The notes beneath the pieces were generated by a model. It worked only from the letters and a program-made list of their open reading frames with translations, was not told the origin of the DNA and searched no databases. 64,000 nucleotides of DNA from Anthoceros angustus (taxonomy: Eukaryota; Plantae; Anthocerotophyta). Shown here piece after piece: positions 61,077-64,000 of this stretch. The position numbers were made by a program, and so were the translations under genes. Location: NCBI GenBank assembly GCA_010909165.1, contig MU008174.1:558001-622000 (forward strand), given 5' to 3'. Numbering within the stretch: position 1 is the first letter of the stretch; each line of letters begins with the position of its first letter.

Positions 61077-64000
61077 CTAGACTGAGCTACATAATCCGCG
61101 AACCCTTTTGTTCGCAACGGAAAAACTATGCGCCAGTCCGTCCATGTCTGTCCACCAGCTTTGACCGGGCTGCTTCCATGCCCCGATTCGTTTCCTCCTC
61201 GCCTGCATCTCCTGTGCCTGTTCCCACATCTGGGCACCGGTGTATATGTTCGACATCAACACATATGCTGCAGCATCTTCGTGGTCTAGCTTCACGGCTT
61301 CGTCAAAAGCATGGCATCCCAACTCCACATGGCTCCACTTTCGACAGGCAGCCAGCAGAGTGTGCCAAACTGCAGCATCATGCATTCCAGGCACAGTCCT
61401 TCCAAAGCTAGTGCCTCGTCCAGTCGACCTGCACGACCCAGGAGATCCACCATACACGTGTAATGGTCCAGTGTGGGAGTTATGCCATGGTACCTGCTCA
61501 TAGACTCAAAGTACTGTCGCCCTTGCGTGACTAGACCTGCATGACTGCATACTGTTAGCACATGAAGAAATGTGATGCCGTCTGGCTGTATACAATCCTC
61601 TCTCATTCTCCGAAGCAGGCCAAAGACCGCCTCACTATCTCCTTGACGAGTGTGGCCTGCTATCAGTGCATTCAGGCCACAGCGTCTCTCTGAGGCAATG
61701 CTTCAAAGACCTTGTGTGCGTCAACCATGCTACCACACTTTCCATACATGTCTATTAAACTGCCAGCTACAAGCACATCAGCTTGGAGCCCTTGCTGCTT
61801 AATCTGGACATGAAGCTGCCTTCCCAGATGTAAAGCTGCAAGATTTGCACATGACTGCAGGAGAGACAAAATGTCACACAATTGGGTGTAGCCGTGCTTC
61901 CTGTTGCATAGCGCTGTAAAGACGAAGTGCTTCCTGGCCCATGCCCTGCTGGGAATATCCTGCAATAAGGGCATTCCACGTCACCAGATCTTTCTGAGGA
62001 AGTCTGTCAAACACGGCCTGAGCACATTCCAGGCTTCCGCACTTGGCATACATGTTTACCATGCTGTTGGCTACAGACACATCCCCAGAAGCCCTCGTTC
62101 TCTAATCTGTGAATGAAGGTCTTTGCCCTTCTCCAAAGCCGGGTGCCCACACTTGCACATGCCTGCAACATGCACACAAATGTCACAGAATCAGGTGTAA
62201 CCGTGCCTTCTTTCTGCATTTTGTTGTAAAGACGAAGTGCTTCCTGGCCCATGCCCTGCTGGGAATAGCCTCTCATAATGGCATTCCAAGTCACCACATC
62301 CTTTTTGGCAAGTCCGTCAAAAACTCTCTGAGCGTCTTCCAAGCTGCCACACTTTGCATACATGTTCACCAAGCTGTTGGCCACAAACAAATCAGTCTGA
62401 AGCTCTCGTTCTCTGATTTGTGCATGAATCTGCTTCCCATTCTCCAAAGCCGAGGCGCCCACACACACACACGCCTGTAGGAGGGACACAAACGTCACAG
62501 AATCGGGTGCTGCCAAGCCGTCTTCTTGCATAGCCCTGTAAAGCTTCAGGGCTTCCTGGCCCATGCCCTGGTGGGAATATGCTGCTATCATGGAACTCCA
62601 TGTCACCACATTTTTCTGACCAAGTCCATCAAACACGCCCCGAGCATCTTCTAGGCTCCCACACTTCGCGTACATGTGCACCAAACTGCTAGCTATGAAC
62701 TCGCCAGTGTTTACTGCGTCTTCTCTGATTCGTGCATGCAGGTGCTTTCCCATCTCCAAAGACGGGGTGCCGAAACTTGCACATGCTCGGAGGAGGCTCA
62801 CATACGTCACAGAATCTGCAACCAAGCCTTCCTCTTCCATAGCACTGTAAAGGCGAAGGGCTTCCAGTCCCATGCCTTGCTGGGAATACCCTCCTATCAT
62901 GGCATTCCATGTCACCACATTTTTTTCCCCAAGTCCATCGAACACTCTTTGAGCATCTTCCAAGCTACCACACTTTGCATACATGTTCACCAAACTATTA
63001 GCTACGACCACATCGGCAACATATCCACATTCTGTTATGTGTGCGTGAAGCTGCCGCCCTTTCCCCATCGCTGGGGCGCCCAGATTTGCACTGCTTGCAG
63101 GAGGCACACAAATGTTACAGAATCGGGCACAGCCATGCCTTCTTCTTGCATAGCATTGTAAAGATGAAACGCTTCCTGGGCCATGCCCTGCTGGGAACAC
63201 CCTGCTATCATGGCATTCCATGTCACCACAGTTTTCTTACCAAGTCCGTCAAATACTTGCTTGGCGTCTTCCAAGCTGCCACACTTGGCGTACATGTCCA
63301 CCAACGAGCTACAGACAAACAAATCGGGCTCTACTCCAGTGGCCAGCACATCAGCGTGCACCTGCTTCCCAGCTTGCAAGTCTGCTCCCCTCGCACAGGC
63401 CTGCAGGGCTGCCACAAACACATGCCCATCTGGCTTCACACTTGACTTCCCCATCCGATGATACAGTTCTGCCAAGCTGTCTTCTTGCATAGCCCTGTAA
63501 AGCTTCAGGGCTTCCTGGCCCATGCCCTGGTGGGAATATGCTGCTATCATGGAACTCCATGTCACCACATTTTTCTGACCAAGTCCATCAAACACGCCCT
63601 GAGCATCTTCTAGGCTCCCACACTTCGCGTACATGTGCACCAAACTGCTAGCTATGAACTCGCCAGTGTTTACTGCGTCTTCTCTGATTCGTGCATGCAG
63701 GTGCTTCCCATCTCCAAAGACGGGTGCTGAAACTTGCACATGCTCGGAGGAGGCTCACATACGTCACAGAATCTGCAACCAAGCCTTCCTCTTCCATAGC
63801 ACTGTAAAGGAAGGGCTTCCAGTCCCATGCCTTGCTGGGAATACCTCCTATCATGGCATTCCATGTCACCACATTTTTCCCCAAGTCCATCGAACACTCT
63901 TTGAGCATCTTCCAAGCTACCACACTTTGCATACATGTTCACCAAACTATTAGCTACGACCACATCGGCAACATATCCACATTCTGTTATGTGTGCGTGA
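61077..64000 (-). CDS. PLS-PPR (WW-type) duplicate of 35428-38425, frameshifted, incomplete at the window edge
   Basis: Near-identical to 35428-37805; 63469-64000 re-copies 62510 onward. Confidence 0.88.

Overview
Eukaryotic nuclear, repeat-dense land-plant sequence. It is probably a hornwort (inference from PLS-class PPR genes ending in KQPGQSWWTD, plus a dirigent gene). 1-33 kb is nested, decayed LTR retrotransposons: two Copia elements joined through one LTR, a tandem GC-rich Gypsy-like family, and a chromodomain Gypsy inserted in a Copia end. 34-48 kb is a locally duplicated cluster of PLS-PPR genes, one intact dirigent gene with pseudocopies, and an intronless SUV3-like helicase pseudogene. 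59.8-64 kb duplicates 33.8-37.8 kb. The most notable object is a cut-and-paste DNA transposon at 49322-58821. It has 26-bp TIRs and a 4-bp GAGT target-site duplication. It carries a spliced Sola-like DDE transposase and a divergently oriented gene with the SAM-binding half of a bacterial-type beta-class N4C/N6A DNA methyltransferase, plus recurring CCGGTATACCGG palindromes. Many frameshifts and ~1-kb tandem duplications look like long-read assembly errors, so gene intactness cannot be judged from this sequence alone.
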